64,000 nt of DNA from Auanema rhodensis. Lineage: Eukaryota > Animalia > Nematoda. The position numbers and the translations under genes are program-made. The notes under the pieces are model-generated. The model searched no databases. It was not told where the DNA came from and saw only the letters and a list, made by a program, of their open reading frames with translations. Below, in pieces: positions 10,056 through 25,000 of this stretch (its first letter is position 1; each line of letters begins with the position of its first letter). The stretch spans positions 17,422,001 through 17,486,000 of the forward strand of contig OZ059899.1 of assembly GCA_964057225.1 (NCBI GenBank), read 5' to 3'.

Positions 10056-13000
10056 AACATAGCTTCCAAAAACATTTTGACAAAAATTTTTCCGAAAAAT
10101 TTCAAAATAATTTCGCAAAAAGTAGATGTTTTTAGATTCCTTTTTTCAAGGCAAAGACGATGGACAATGTTATTCAACGAAAAAATTAATTCTGCAGGGT
10201 GAAAATCGAGGATATAAGTGTGAACTTATATCAGTTGATATCTCGGTGCATTTTTAAGCTAGCGCAAATCTGATAATACAGATCGACGCAGCTTAAAAAT
10301 CCGCATCGAATGCACTATACTGCATTGAGAAACGCTTACTACAAAAGTTAGTTATGATCGTTTGAAAAATGATGCATTAGTGTATGTTGAGTTTCCATGT
10401 ACACTCAACATTGCTTCCAAAAACATTTTGACAAAAATTTTTCCGAAAAATTTCAAAATAATTTCGCAAAAAGTAGATGTTTTTAGATTCCTTTTTTCAA
10501 GGCAAAGACGATGGACAATGTTATTCAACGAAAAAATTAATTCTGCAGGGTGAAAATCGAGGATATAAGTGTGAACTTATATCAGTTGATATCTCGGTGC
10601 ATTTTTAAGCTAGCGCAAATCTGATAATACAGATCGACGCAGCTTAAAAATCCGCATCGAATGCACTATACTGCATTGAGAAACGCTTAATACAAAAGTT
10701 AGTTATGATCGTTTGAAAAATGATGCATTAGTGTATGTTGAGTTTCCATGTACACTCAACATTGCTTCCAAAAACATTTTGACAAAAATTTTTCCGAAAA
10801 ATTTCAAAATAATTTCGCAAAAAGTAGATGTTTTTAGATTCCTTTTTTCAAGGCAAAGACGATGGACAATGTTATTCAACGAAAAAATTAATTCTGCAGG
10901 GTGAAAATCGAGGATATAAGTGTGAACTTATATCAGTTGATATCTCGGTGCATTTTTAAGCTAGCGCAAATCTGATAATACAGATCGACGCAGCTTAAAA
11001 ATCCGCATCGAATGCACTATACTGCATTGAGAAACGCTTAATACAAAAGTTAGTTATGATCGTTTGAAAAATGATGCATTAGTGTATGTTGAGTTTCCAT
11101 GTACACTCAACATTGCTTCCAAAAACATTTTGACAAAAAGTTTTCCGAAAAATTTCGAAAAAATTTCGCGAAAAGTAGATGTTTTTAGATTCCTTTTTTC
11201 AAGGCAAATACGATGGACAATGTTATTCAACGAAAAAATTATTTCTGCAGGGTGAAAATCGAGGATATAAGTGTGAACTTATATCAGTTGATATCTCGGT
11301 GCATTTTTAAGCTAGCGCAAATCTGATAACACAGATCGACGCAGCTTAAAAATCCGCATCGAATGCACTATACAACATTGAGAAACGCTTAATACAAAAA
11401 TTAGTTATGATCGTTTGAAAAATGATGCATTAGTGTATGTTGAGTTTCCATGTACACTCAACATAGCTTCCAAAAACATTTTGACAAAAATTTTTCCGAA
11501 AAATTTCGAAATAAATTTGCAAAAAGTAGATGTTTTTAGATTCCTTTTTTCAAGGCAAAGACGATGGACAATGTTATTCAACGAAAAAATTAATTCTGCA
11601 GGGTGAAAATCGAGGATATAAGTGTGAACTTATATCAGTTGATATCTCGGTGCATTTTTAAGCTAGCGCAAATCTGATAATACAGATCGACGCAGCTTAA
11701 AAATCCGCATCGAATGCACTATACTGCATTGAGAAACGCTTACTACAAAAGTTAGTTATGATCGTTTGAAAAATGATGCATTAGTGTATGTTGAGTTTCC
11801 ATGTACACTCAACATTGCTTCCAAAAACATTTTGACAAAAATTTTTCCGAAAAATTTCAAAATAATTTCGCAAAAAGTAGATGTTTTTAGATTCCTTTTT
11901 TCAAGGCAAAGACGATGGACAATGTTATTCAACGAAAAAATTAATTCTGCAGGGTGAAAATCGAGGATATAAGTGTGAACTTATATCAGTTGATATCTCG
12001 GTGCATTTTTAAGCTAGCGCAAATCTGATAATACAGATCGACGCAGCATAAAAATCCGCATCGAATGCACTATACTGCATTGAGAAACGCTTAATACAAA
12101 AGTTAGTTATGATCGTTTGAAAAATGATGCATTAGTGTATGTTGAGTTTCCATGTACACTCAACATTGCTTCCAAAAACATTTTGACAAAAATTTTTCCG
12201 AAAAATTTCAAAATAATTTCGCAAAAAGTAGATGTTTTTAGATTCCTTTTTTCAAGGCAAAGACGATGGACAATGTTATTCAACGAAAAAATTAATTCTG
12301 CAGGGTGAAAATCGAGGATATAAGTGTGAACTTATATCAGTTGATATCTCGGTGCATTTTTAAGCTAGCGCAAATCTGATAATACAGATCGACGCAGCTT
12401 AAAAATCCGCATCGAATGCACTATACTGCATTGAGAAACGCTTAATACAAAAGTTAGTTATGATCGTTTGAAAAATGATGCATTAGTGTATGTTGAGTTT
12501 CCATGTACACTCAACATTGCTTCCAAAAACATTTTGACAAAAAGTTTTCCGAAAAATTTCGAAAAAATTTCGCGAAAAGTAGATGTTTTTAGATTCCTTT
12601 TTTCAAGGCAAATACGATGGACAATGTTATTCAACGAAAAAATTATTTCTGCAGGGTGAAAATCGAGGATATAAGTGTGAACTTATATCAGTTGATATCT
12701 CGGTGCATTTTTAAGCTAGCGCAAATCTGATAACACAGATCGACGCAGCTTAAAAATCCGCATCGAATGCACTATACAACATTGAGAAACGCTTAATACA
12801 AAAATTAGTTATGATCGTTTGAAAAATGATGCATTAGTGTATGTTGAGTTTCCATGTACACTCAACATAGCTTCCAAAAACATTTTGACAAAAATTTTTC
12901 CGAAAAATTTCGAAATAAATTTGCAAAAAGTAGATGTTTTTAGATTCCTTTTTTCAAGGCAAAGACGATGGACAATGTTATTCAACGAAAAAATTAATTC

Positions 13001-16000
13001 TGCAGGGTGAAAATCGAGGATATAAGTGTGAACTTATATCAGTTGATATCTCGGTGCATTTTTAAGCTAGCGCAAATCTGATAATACAGATCGACGCAGC
13101 TTAAAAATCCGCATCGAATGCACTATACTGCATTGAGAAACGCTTAATACAAAAGTTAGTTATGATCGTTTGAAAAATGATGCATTAGTGTATGTTGAGT
13201 TTCCATGTACACTCAACATTGCTTCCAAAAACATTTTGACAAAAATTTTTCCGAAAAATTTCGAAAAAATTTCGCGAAAAGTAGATGTTTTTAGATTCCT
13301 TTTTTCAAGGCAAATACGATGGACAATGTTATTCAAAGAAAAAATTATTTCTGCAGGGTGAAAATCGAGGATATAAGTGTGAACTTATATCAGTTGATAT
13401 CTCGGTGCATTTTTAAGCTAGCGCAAATCTGATAACACAGATCGACGCAGCTTAAAAATCCGCATCGAATGCACTATACAACATTGAGAAACGCTTAATA
13501 CAAAAATTAGTTATGATCGTTTGAAAAATGATGCATTAGTGTATGTTGAGTTTCCATGTACACTCAACATAGCTTCCAAAAACATTTTGACAAAAATTTT
13601 TCCGAAAAATTTCGAAATAAATTTGCAAAAAGTAGATGTTTTTAGATTCCTTTTTTCAAGGCAAAGACGATGGACAATGTTATTCAACGAAAAAATTAAT
13701 TCTGCAGGGTGAAAATCGAGGATATAAGTGTGAACTTATATCAGTTGATATCTCGGTGCATTTTTAAGCTAGCGCAAATCTGATAACACAGATCGACGCA
13801 GCTTAAAAATCCGCATCGAATGCACTATACAACATTGAGAAACGCTTAATACAAAAATTAGTTATGATCGTTTGAAAAATGATGCATTAGTGTATGTTGA
13901 GTTTCCATGTACACTCAACATTGCTTCCAAAAACATTTTGACAAAAATTTTTTCGAAAAATTTTAAAATAATTTCGCAAAAAGTAGATGTTTTTAGATTC
14001 CTTATTTCAAGGCAAAGACGATGGACAATGTTATTCAACGAAAAAATTAATTCTGCAGGGTGAAAATCGAGGATATAAGTGTGAACTTATATCAGTTGAT
14101 ATCTCGGTGCATTTTTAAGCTAGCGCAAATCTGATAATACAGATCGACGCAGCTTAAAAATCCGCATCGAATGCACTATACTGCATTGAGAAACGCTTAA
14201 TACAAAAGTTAGTTATGATCGTTTGAAAAATGATGCATTAGTGTATGTTGAGTTTCCATGTACACTCAACATTGCTTCCAAAAACATTTTGACAAAAATT
14301 TTTCCGAAAAATTTTAAAATAATTTCGCAAAAAGTAGATGTTTTTAGATTCCTTTTTTCAAGGCAAAGACGATGGACAATGTTATTCAACGAAAAAATTA
14401 TTTCTGCAGGGTGAAAATCGAGGATATAAGTGTGAACTTATATCAGTTGATATCTCGGTGCATTTTTAAGCTAGCGCAAATCTGATAACACAGATCGACG
14501 CAGCTTAAAAATCCGCATCGAATGCACTATACAACATTGAGAAACGCTTAATACAAAAATTAGTTATGATCGTTTGAAAAATGATGCATTAGTGTATGTT
14601 GAGTTTCCATGTACACTCAACATTGCTTCCAAAAACATTTTGACAAAAATTTTTCCGAAAAATTTCAAAATAATTTCGCGAAAAGTAGATGTTTTTAGAT
14701 TCCTTTTTTCAAGGCAAAGACGATGGACAATGTTATTCAACGAAAAAATTATTTCTGCAGGGTGAAAATCGAGGATATAAGTGTGAACTTATATCAGTTG
14801 AAATCTCGGTGCATTTTTAAGCTAGCGCAAATCTGATAATACAGATCGACGCAGCTTAAAAATCCGCATCGAATGCACTATACAACATTGAGAAACGCTT
14901 AATACAAAAGTTAGTTATGATCGTTTGAAAAATGATGCATTAGTGTATGTTGAGTTTCCATGTACACTCAACATTGCTTCCAAAAACATTTTGACAAAAA
15001 TTTTTTCGAAAAATTTTAAAATAATTTCGCAAAAAGTAGATGTTTTTAGATTCCTTATTTCAAGGCAAAGACGATGGACAATGTTATTCAACGAAAAAAT
15101 TAATTCTGCAGGGTGAAAATCGAGGATATAAGTGTGAACTTATATCAGTTGATATCTCGGTGCATTTTTAAGCTAGCGCAAATCTGATAATACAGATCGA
15201 CGCAGCTTAAAAATCCGCATCGAATGCACTATACTGCATTGAGAAACGCTTAATACAAAAGTTAGTTATGATCGTTTGAAAAATGATGCATTAGTGTATG
15301 TTGAGTTTCCATGTACACTCAACATTGCTTCCAAAAACATTTTGACAAAAATTTTTCCGAAAAATTTTAAAATAATTTCGCAAAAAGTAGATGTTTTTAG
15401 ATTCCTTTTTTCAAGGCAAAGACGATGGACAATGTTATTCAACGAAAAAATTATTTCTGCAGGGTGAAAATCGAGGATATAAGTGTGAACTTATATCAGT
15501 TGATATCTCGGTGCATTTTTAAGCTAGCGCAAATCTGATAACACAGATCGACGCAGCTTAAAAATCCGCATCGAATGCACTATACAACATTAAGAAACGC
15601 TTAATACAAAAGTTAGTTATGATCGTTTGAAAAATGATGCATTAGTGTATGTTGAGTTTCCATGTACACTCAACATTGCTTCCAAAAACATTTTGACAAA
15701 AATTTTTCCGAAAAATTTCAAAATAATTTCGCGAAAAGTAGATGTTTTTAGATTCCTTTTTTCAAGGCAAAGACGATGGACAATGTTATTCAACGAAAAA
15801 ATTATTTCTGCAGGGTGAAAATCGAGGATATAAGTGTGAACTTATATCAGTTGAAATCTCGGTGCATTTTTAAGCTAGCGCAAATCTGATAACACAGATC
15901 GACGCAGCTTAAAAATCCGCATCGAATGCACTATACAACATTGAGAAACGCTTAATACAAAAATTAGTTATGATCGTTTGAAAAATGATGCATTAGTGTA

Positions 16001-19000
16001 TGTTGAGTTTCCATGTACACTCAACATTGCTTCCAAAAACATTTTGACAAAAATTTTTCCGAAAAATTTCAAAATAATTTCGCGAAAAGTAGATGTTTTT
16101 AGATTCCTTTTTTCAAGGCAAAGACGATGGACAATGTTATTCAACGAAAAAATTATTTCTGCAGGGTGAAAATCGAGGATATAAGTGTGAACTTATATCA
16201 GTTGAAATCTCGGTGCATTTTTAAGCTAGCGCAAATCTGATAATACAGATCGACGCAGCTTAAAAATCCGCATCGAATGCACTATACTACATTGAGAAAC
16301 GCTTGATACAAAAATTAGGTATGATCGTTTGAAAAATGATGCATTAGTGTATGTTGAGTTTCCATGTACACTCAACATTGCTTCCAAAAACATTTTGACA
16401 AAAATTTTTCCGAAAAATTTCGAAAAAATTTCGCAAAAAGTAGATGTTTTTAGATTCCTTTTTTCAAGGCAAAGACGATGGACAATGTTATTCAACGAAA
16501 AAATTATTTCTGCAGGGTGAAAATCGAGGATATAAGTGTGAACTTATATCAGTTGATATCTCGGTGCATTTTTAAGCTAGCGCAAATCTGATAACACAGA
16601 TCGACGCAGCTTGAAAATCCGCATCAAATGCACTATACAACATTGAGAAACGCTTAATACAAAAGTTAGTTATGATCGTTTGAAAAATGATGCATTAGTG
16701 TATGTTGAGTTTCCATGTACACTCAACATTGCTTCCAAAAACATTTTGACAAAAATTTTTCCGAAAAATTTCAAAATAATTTCGCGAAAAGTAGATGTTT
16801 TTAGATTCCTTTTTTCAAGGCAAAGACGATGGACAATGTTATTCAACGAAAAAATTATTTCTGCAGGGTGAAAATCGAGGATATAAGTGTGAACTTATAT
16901 CAGTTGAAATCTCGGTGCATTTTTAAGCTAGCGCAAATCTGATGATACAGATCGACGCAGCTTAAAAATCCGCATCGAATGCACTATACTGCATTGAGAA
17001 ACGCTTAATACAAAAGTTAGTTATGATCGTTTGAAAAATGATGCATTAGTGTATGTTGAGTTTCCATGTACACTCAACATTGCTTCCAAAAACATTTTGA
17101 CAAAAATTTTTCCGAAAAATTTTAAAATAATTTCGCAAAAAGTAGATGTTTTTAGATTCCTTTTTTCAAGGCAAAGACGATGGACAATGTTATTCAACGA
17201 AAAAATTATTTCTGCAGGGTGAAAATCGAGGATATAAGTGTGAACTTATATCAGTTGATATCTCGGTGCATTTTTAAGCTAGCGCAAATCTGATAACACA
17301 GATCGACGCAGCTTAAAAATCCGCTTCGAATGCACTATACAACATTGAGAAACGCTTAATACAAAAGTTAGTTATGATCGTTTGAAAAATGATGCATTAG
17401 TGTATGTTGAGTTTCCATGTACACTCAACATTGCTTCCAAAAACATTTTGACAAAAATTTTTCCGAAAAATTTCAAAATAATTTCGCGAAAAGTAGATGT
17501 TTTTAGATTCCTTTTTTCAAGGCAAAGACGATAAACAATGTTATTCAACGAAAAAATTATTTCTGCAGGGTGAAAATCGAGGATATAAGTGTGAACTTAT
17601 ATCAGTTGAAATCTCGGTGCATTTTTAAGCTAGCGCAAATCTGATAACACAGATCGACGCAGCTTAAAAATCCGCATCGAATGCACTATACAACATTGAG
17701 AAACGCTTAATACAAAAATTAGTTATGATCGTTTGAAAAATGATGCATTAGTGTATGTTGAGTTTCCATGTACACTCAACATTGCTTCCAAAAACATTTT
17801 GACAAAAATTTTTCCGAAAAATTTTAAAATAATTTCGCAAAAAGTAGATGTTTTTAGATTCCTTTTTTCAAGGCAAAGACGATGGACAATGTTATTCAAC
17901 GAAAAAATTAATTCTGCAGGGTGAAAATCGAGGATATAAGTGTGAACTTATATCAGTTGATATCTCGGTGCATTTTTAAGCTAGCGCAAATCTGATAACA
18001 CAGATCGACGCAGCTTAAAAATCCGCATCGAATGCACTATACAACATTGAGAAACGCTTAATACAAAAGTTAGTTATGATCGTTTGAAAAATGATGCATT
18101 AGTGTATGTTGAGTTTCCATGTACACTCAACATTGCTTCCAAAAACATTTTGACAAAAATTTTTTCGAAAAATTTTAAAATAATTTCGCAAAAAGTAGAT
18201 GTTTTTAGATTCCTTATTTCAAGGCAAAGACGATGGACAATGTTATTCAACGAAAAAATTAATTCTGCAGGGTGAAAATCGAGGATATAAGTGTGAACTT
18301 ATATCAGTTGATATCTCGGTGCATTTTTAAGCTAGCGCAAATCTGATAATACAGATCGACGCAGCTTAAAAATCCGCATCGAATGCACTATACTGCATTG
18401 AGAAACGCTTAATACAAAAGTTAGTTATGATCGTTTGAAAAATGATGCATTAGTGTATGTTGAGTTTCCATGTACACTCAACATTGCTTCCAAAAACATT
18501 TTGACAAAAATTTTTCCGAAAAATTTCAAAATAATTTCGCGAAAAGTAGATGTTTTTAGATTCCTTTTTTCAAGGCAAAGACGATGGACAATGTTATTCA
18601 ACGAAAAAACTATTTCTGCAGGGTGAAAATCGAGGATATAAGTGTGAACTTATATCAGTTGAAATCTCGGTGCATTTTTAAGCTAGCGCAAATCTGATGA
18701 TACAGATCGACGCAGCTTAAAAATCCGCATCGAATGCACTATACTGCATTGAGAAACGCTTAATACAAAAGTTAGTTATGATCGTTTGAAAAATGATGCA
18801 TTAGTGTATGTTGAGTTTCCATGTACACTCAACATTGCTTCCAAAAACATTTTGACAAAAATTTTTCCGAAAAATTTTAAAATAATTTCGCAAAAAGTAG
18901 ATGTTTTTAGATTCCTTTTTTCAAGGCAAAGACGATGGACAATGTTATTCAACGAAAAAATTATTTCTGCAGGGTGAAAATCGAGGATATAAGTGTGAAC

Positions 19001-22000
19001 TTATATCAGTTGATATCTCGGTGCATTTTTAAGCTAGCGCAAATCTGATAACACAGATCGACGCAGCTTAAAAATCCGCATCGAATGCACTATACAACAT
19101 TAAGAAACGCTTAATACAAAAGTTAGTTATGATCGTTTGAAAAATGATGCATTAGTGTATGTTGAGTTTCCATGTACACTCAACATTGCTTCCAAAAACA
19201 TTTTGACAAAAATTTTTCCGAAAAATTTCAAAATAATTTCGCGAAAAGTAGATGTTTTTAGATTCCTTTTTTCAAGGCAAAGACGATGGACAATGTTATT
19301 CAACGAAAAAATTATTTCTGCAGGGTGAAAATCGAGGATATAAGTGTGAACTTATATCAGTTGAAATCTCGGTGCATTTTTAAGCTAGCGCAAATCTGAT
19401 AACACAGATCGACGCAGCTTAAAAATCCGCATCGAATGCACTATACAACATTGAGAAACGCTTAATACAAAAATTAGTTATGATCGTTTGAAAAATGATG
19501 CATTAGTGTATGTTGAGTTTCCATGTACACTCAACATTGCTTCCAAAAACATTTTGACAAAAATTTTTCCGAAAAATTTCAAAATAATTTCGCGAAAAGT
19601 AGATGTTTTTAGATTCCTTTTTTCAAGGCAAAGACGATGGACAATGTTATTCAACGAAAAAATTATTTCTGCAGGGTGAAAATCGAGGATATAAGTGTGA
19701 ACTTATATCAGTTGAAATCTCGGTGCATTTTTAAGCTAGCGCAAATCTGATAATACAGATCGACGCAGCTTAAAAATCCGCATCGAATGCACTATACTAC
19801 ATTGAGAAACGCTTGATACAAAAATTAGGTATGATCGTTTGAAAAATGATGCATTAGTGTATGTTGAGTTTCCATGTACACTCAACATTGCTTCCAAAAA
19901 CATTTTGACAAAAATTTTTCCGAAAAATTTCGAAAAAATTTCGCAAAAAGTAGATGTTTTTAGATTCCTTTTTTCAAGGCAAAGACGATGGACAATGTTA
20001 TTCAACGAAAAAATTATTTCTGCAGGGTGAAAATCGAGGATATAAGTGTGAACTTATATCAGTTGATATCTCGGTGCATTTTTAAGCTAGCGCAAATCTG
20101 ATAACACAGATCGACGCAGCTTGAAAATCCGCATCAAATGCACTATACAACATTGAGAAACGCTTAATACAAAAGTTAGTTATGATCGTTTGAAAAATGA
20201 TGCATTAGTGTATGTTGAGTTTCCATGTACACTCAACATTGCTTCCAAAAACATTTTGACAAAAATTTTTCCGAAAAATTTCAAAATAATTTCGCGAAAA
20301 GTAGATGTTTTTAGATTCCTTTTTTCAAGGCAAAGACGATGGACAATGTTATTCAACGAAAAAATTATTTCTGCAGGGTGAAAATCGAGGATATAAGTGT
20401 GAACTTATATCAGTTGAAATCTCGGTGCATTTTTAAGCTAGCGCAAATCTGATGATACAGATCGACGCAGCTTAAAAATCCGCATCGAATGCACTATACT
20501 GCATTGAGAAACGCTTAATACAAAAGTTAGTTATGATCGTTTGAAAAATGATGCATTAGTGTATGTTGAGTTTCCATGTACACTCAACATTGCTTCCAAA
20601 AACATTTTGACAAAAATTTTTCCGAAAAATTTTAAAATAATTTCGCAAAAAGTAGATGTTTTTAGATTCCTTTTTTCAAGGCAAAGACGATGGACAATGT
20701 TATTCAACGAAAAAATTATTTCTGCAGGGTGAAAATCGAGGATATAAGTGTGAACTTATATCAGTTGATATCTCGGTGCATTTTTAAGCTAGCGCAAATC
20801 TGATAACACAGATCGACGCAGCTTAAAAATCCGCTTCGAATGCACTATACAACATTGAGAAACGCTTAATACAAAAGTTAGTTATGATCGTTTGAAAAAT
20901 GATGCATTAGTGTATGTTGAGTTTCCATGTACACTCAACATTGCTTCCAAAAACATTTTGACAAAAATTTTTCCGAAAAATTTCAAAATAATTTCGCGAA
21001 AAGTAGATGTTTTTAGATTCCTTTTTTCAAGGCAAAGACGATAAACAATGTTATTCAACGAAAAAATTATTTCTGCAGGGTGAAAATCGAGGATATAAGT
21101 GTGAACTTATATCAGTTGAAATCTCGGTGCATTTTTAAGCTAGCGCAAATCTGATAACACAGATCGACGCAGCTTAAAAATCCGCATCGAATGCACTATA
21201 CAACATTGAGAAACGCTTAATACAAAAATTAGTTATGATCGTTTGAAAAATGATGCATTAGTGTATGTTGAGTTTCCATGTACACTCAACATTGCTTCCA
21301 AAAACATTTTGACAAAAATTTTTCCGAAAAATTTCAAAATAATTTCGCGAAAAGTAGATGTTTTTAGATTCCTTTTTTCAAGGCAAAGACGATGGACAAT
21401 GTTATTCAACGAAAAAATTATTTCTGCAGGGTGAAAATCGAGGATATAAGTGTGAACTTATATCAGTTGAAATCTCGGTGCATTTTTAAGCTAGCGCAAA
21501 TCTGATAACACAGATCGACGCAGCTTAAAAATCCGCATCGAATGCACTATACAACATTGAGAAACGCTTAATACAAAAATTAGTTATGATCGTTTGAAAA
21601 ATGATGCATTAGTGTATGTTGAGTTTCCATGTACACTCAACATTGCTTCCAAAAACATTTTGACAAAAATTTTTCCGAAAAATTTCAAAATAATTTCGCG
21701 AAAAGTAGATGTTTTTAGATTCCTTTTTTCAAGGCAAAGACGATGGACAATGTTATTCAACGAAAAAATTATTTCTGCAGGGTGAAAATCGAGGATATAA
21801 GTGTGAACTTATATCAGTTGAAATCTCGGTGCATTTTTAAGCTAGCGCAAATCTGATAATACAGATCGACGCAGCTTAAAAATCCGCATCGAATGCACTA
21901 TACTACATTGAGAAACGCTTGATACAAAAATTAGGTATGATCGTTTGAAAAATGATGCATTAGTGTATGTTGAGTTTCCATGTACACTCAACATTGCTTC

Positions 22001-25000
22001 CAAAAACATTTTGACAAAAATTTTTCCGAAAAATTTCGAAAAAATTTCGCAAAAAGTAGATGTTTTTAGATTCCTTTTTTCAAGGCAAAGACGATGGACA
22101 ATGTTATTCAACGAAAAAATTATTTCTGCAGGGTGAAAATCGAGGATATAAGTGTGAACTTATATCAGTTGATATCTCGGTGCATTTTTAAGCTAGCGCA
22201 AATCTGATAACACAGATCGACGCAGCTTGAAAATCCGCATCAAATGCACTATACAACATTGAGAAACGCTTAATACAAAAATTAGTTATGATCGTTTGAA
22301 AAATGATGCATTAGTGTATGTTGAGTTTCCATGTACACTCAACATTGCTTCCAAAAACATTTTGACAAAAATTTTTCCGAAAAATTTCGGAAAAATTTCG
22401 CAAAAAGTAGATGTTTTTAGATTCCTTTTTTCAAGGCAAAGACGATGGACAATGTTATTCAACGAAAAAATTATTTCTGCAGGGTGAAAATCGAGGATAT
22501 AAGTGTGAACTTATATCAGTTGAAATCTCGGTGCATTTTTAAGCTAGCGCAAATCTGATAAGACAGATCGACGCAGCTTAAAAATCCGCATCGAATGCAC
22601 TATACTGCATTGAGAAACGCTTAATACAAAAGTTAGTTATGATCGTTTGAAAAATGATGCATTAGTGTATGTTGAGTTTCCATGTACACTCAACATTGCT
22701 TCCAAAAACATTTTGACAAAAATTTTTCCGAAAAATTTTAAAATAATTTCGCAAAAAGTAGATGTTTTTAGATTCCTTTTTTCAAGGCAAAGACGATGGA
22801 CAATGTTATTCAACGAAAAAATTATTTCTGCAGGGTGAAAATCGAGGATATAAGTGTGAACTTATATCAGTTGAAATCTCGGTGCATTTTTAAGCTAGCG
22901 CAAATCTGATAACACAGATCGACGCAGCTTGAAAATCCGCATCAAATGCACTATACAACATTGAGAAACGCTTAATACAAAAATTAGTTATGATCGTTTG
23001 AAAAATGATGCATTAGTGTATGTTGAGTTTCCATGTACACTCAACATTGCTTCCAAAAACATTTTGACAAAAATTTTTCCGAAAAATTTCGGAAAAATTT
23101 CGCAAAAAGTAGATGTTTTTAGATTCCTTTTTTCAAGGCAAAGACGATGGACAATGTTATTCAACGAAAAAATTATTTCTGCAGGGTGAAAATCGAGGAT
23201 ATAAGTGTGAACTTATATCAGTTGAAATCTCGGTGCATTTTTAAGCTAGCGCAAATCTGATAAGACAGATCGACGCAGCTTAAAAATCCGCATCGAATGC
23301 ACTATACTGCATTGAGAAACGCTTAATACAAAAGTTAGTTATGATCGTTTGAAAAATGATGCATTAGTGTATGTTGAGTTTCCATGTACACTCAACATTG
23401 CTTCCAAAAACATTTTGACAAAAATTTTTCCGAAAAATTTTAAAATAATTTCGCAAAAAGTAGATGTTTTTAGATTCCTTTTTTCAAGGCAAAGACGATG
23501 GACAATGTTATTCAACGAAAAAATTATTTCTGCAGGGTGAAAATCGAGGATATAAGTGTGAACTTATATCAGTTGAAATCTCGGTGCATTTTTAAGCTAG
23601 CGCAAATCTGATAACACAGATCGACGCAGCTTAAAAATCCGCATCGAATGCACTATACAACATTGAGAAACGCTTAATACAAAAATTAGTTATGATCGTT
23701 TGAAAAATGATGCATTAGTGTATGTTGAGTTTCCATGTACACTCAACATTGCTTCCAAAAACATTTTGACAAAAATTTTTCCGAAAAATTTCGGAAAAAT
23801 TTCGCAAAAAGTAGATGTTTTTAGATTCCTTTTTTCAAGGCAAAGACGATGGACAATGTTATTCAACGAAAAAATTATTTCTGCAGGGTGAAAATCGAGG
23901 ATATAAGTGTGAACTTATATCAGTTGAAATCTCGGTGCATTTTTAAGCTAGCGCAAATCTGATAAGACAGATCGACGCAGCTTAAAAATCCGCATCGAAT
24001 GCACTATACTGCATTGAGAAACGCTTAATACAAAAGTTAGTTATGATCGTTTGAAAAATGATGCATTAGTGTATGTTGAGTTTCCATGTACACTCAACAT
24101 TGCTTCCAAAAACATTTTGACAAAAATTTTTCCGAAAAATTTTAAAATAATTTCGCAAAAAGTAGATGTTTTTAGATTCCTTTTTTCAAGGCAAAGACGA
24201 TGGACAATGTTATTCAACGAAAAAATTATTTCTGCAGGGTGAAAATCGAGGATATAAGTGTGAACTTATATCAGTTGAAATCTCGGTGCATTTTTAAGCT
24301 AGCGCAAATCTGATAACACAGATCGACGCAGCTTAAAAATCCGCATCGAATGCACTATACAACATTGAGAAACGCTTAATACAAAAATTAGTTATGATCG
24401 TTTGAAAAATGATGCATTAGTGTATGTTGAGTTTCCATGTACACTCAACATTGCTTCCAAAAACATTTTGACAAAAATTTTTCCGAAAAATTTCAAAATA
24501 ATTTCGCGAAAAGTAGATGTTTTTAGATTCCTTTTTTCAAGGCAAAGACGATGGACAATGTTATTCAACGAAAAAATTATTTCTGCAGGGTGAAAATCGA
24601 GGATATAAGTGTGAACTTATATCAGTTGAAATCTCGGTGCATTTTTAAGCTAGCGCAAATCTGATAATACAGATCGACGCAGCTTAAAAATCCGCATCGA
24701 ATGCACTATACTGCATTGAGAAACGCTTAATACAAAAGTTAGTTATGATCGTTTGAAAAATGATGCATTAGTGTATGTTGAGTTTCCATGTACACTCAAC
24801 ATTGCTTCCAAAAACATTTTGACAAAAATTTTTCCGAAAAATTTTAAAATAATTTCGCAAAAAGTAGATGTTTTTAGATTTCTTTTTTCAAGGCAAAGAC
24901 GATGGACAATGTTATTCAACGAAAAAATTATTTCTGCAGGGTGAAAATCGAGGATATAAGTGTGAACTTATATCAGTTGATATCTCGGTGCATTTTTAAG

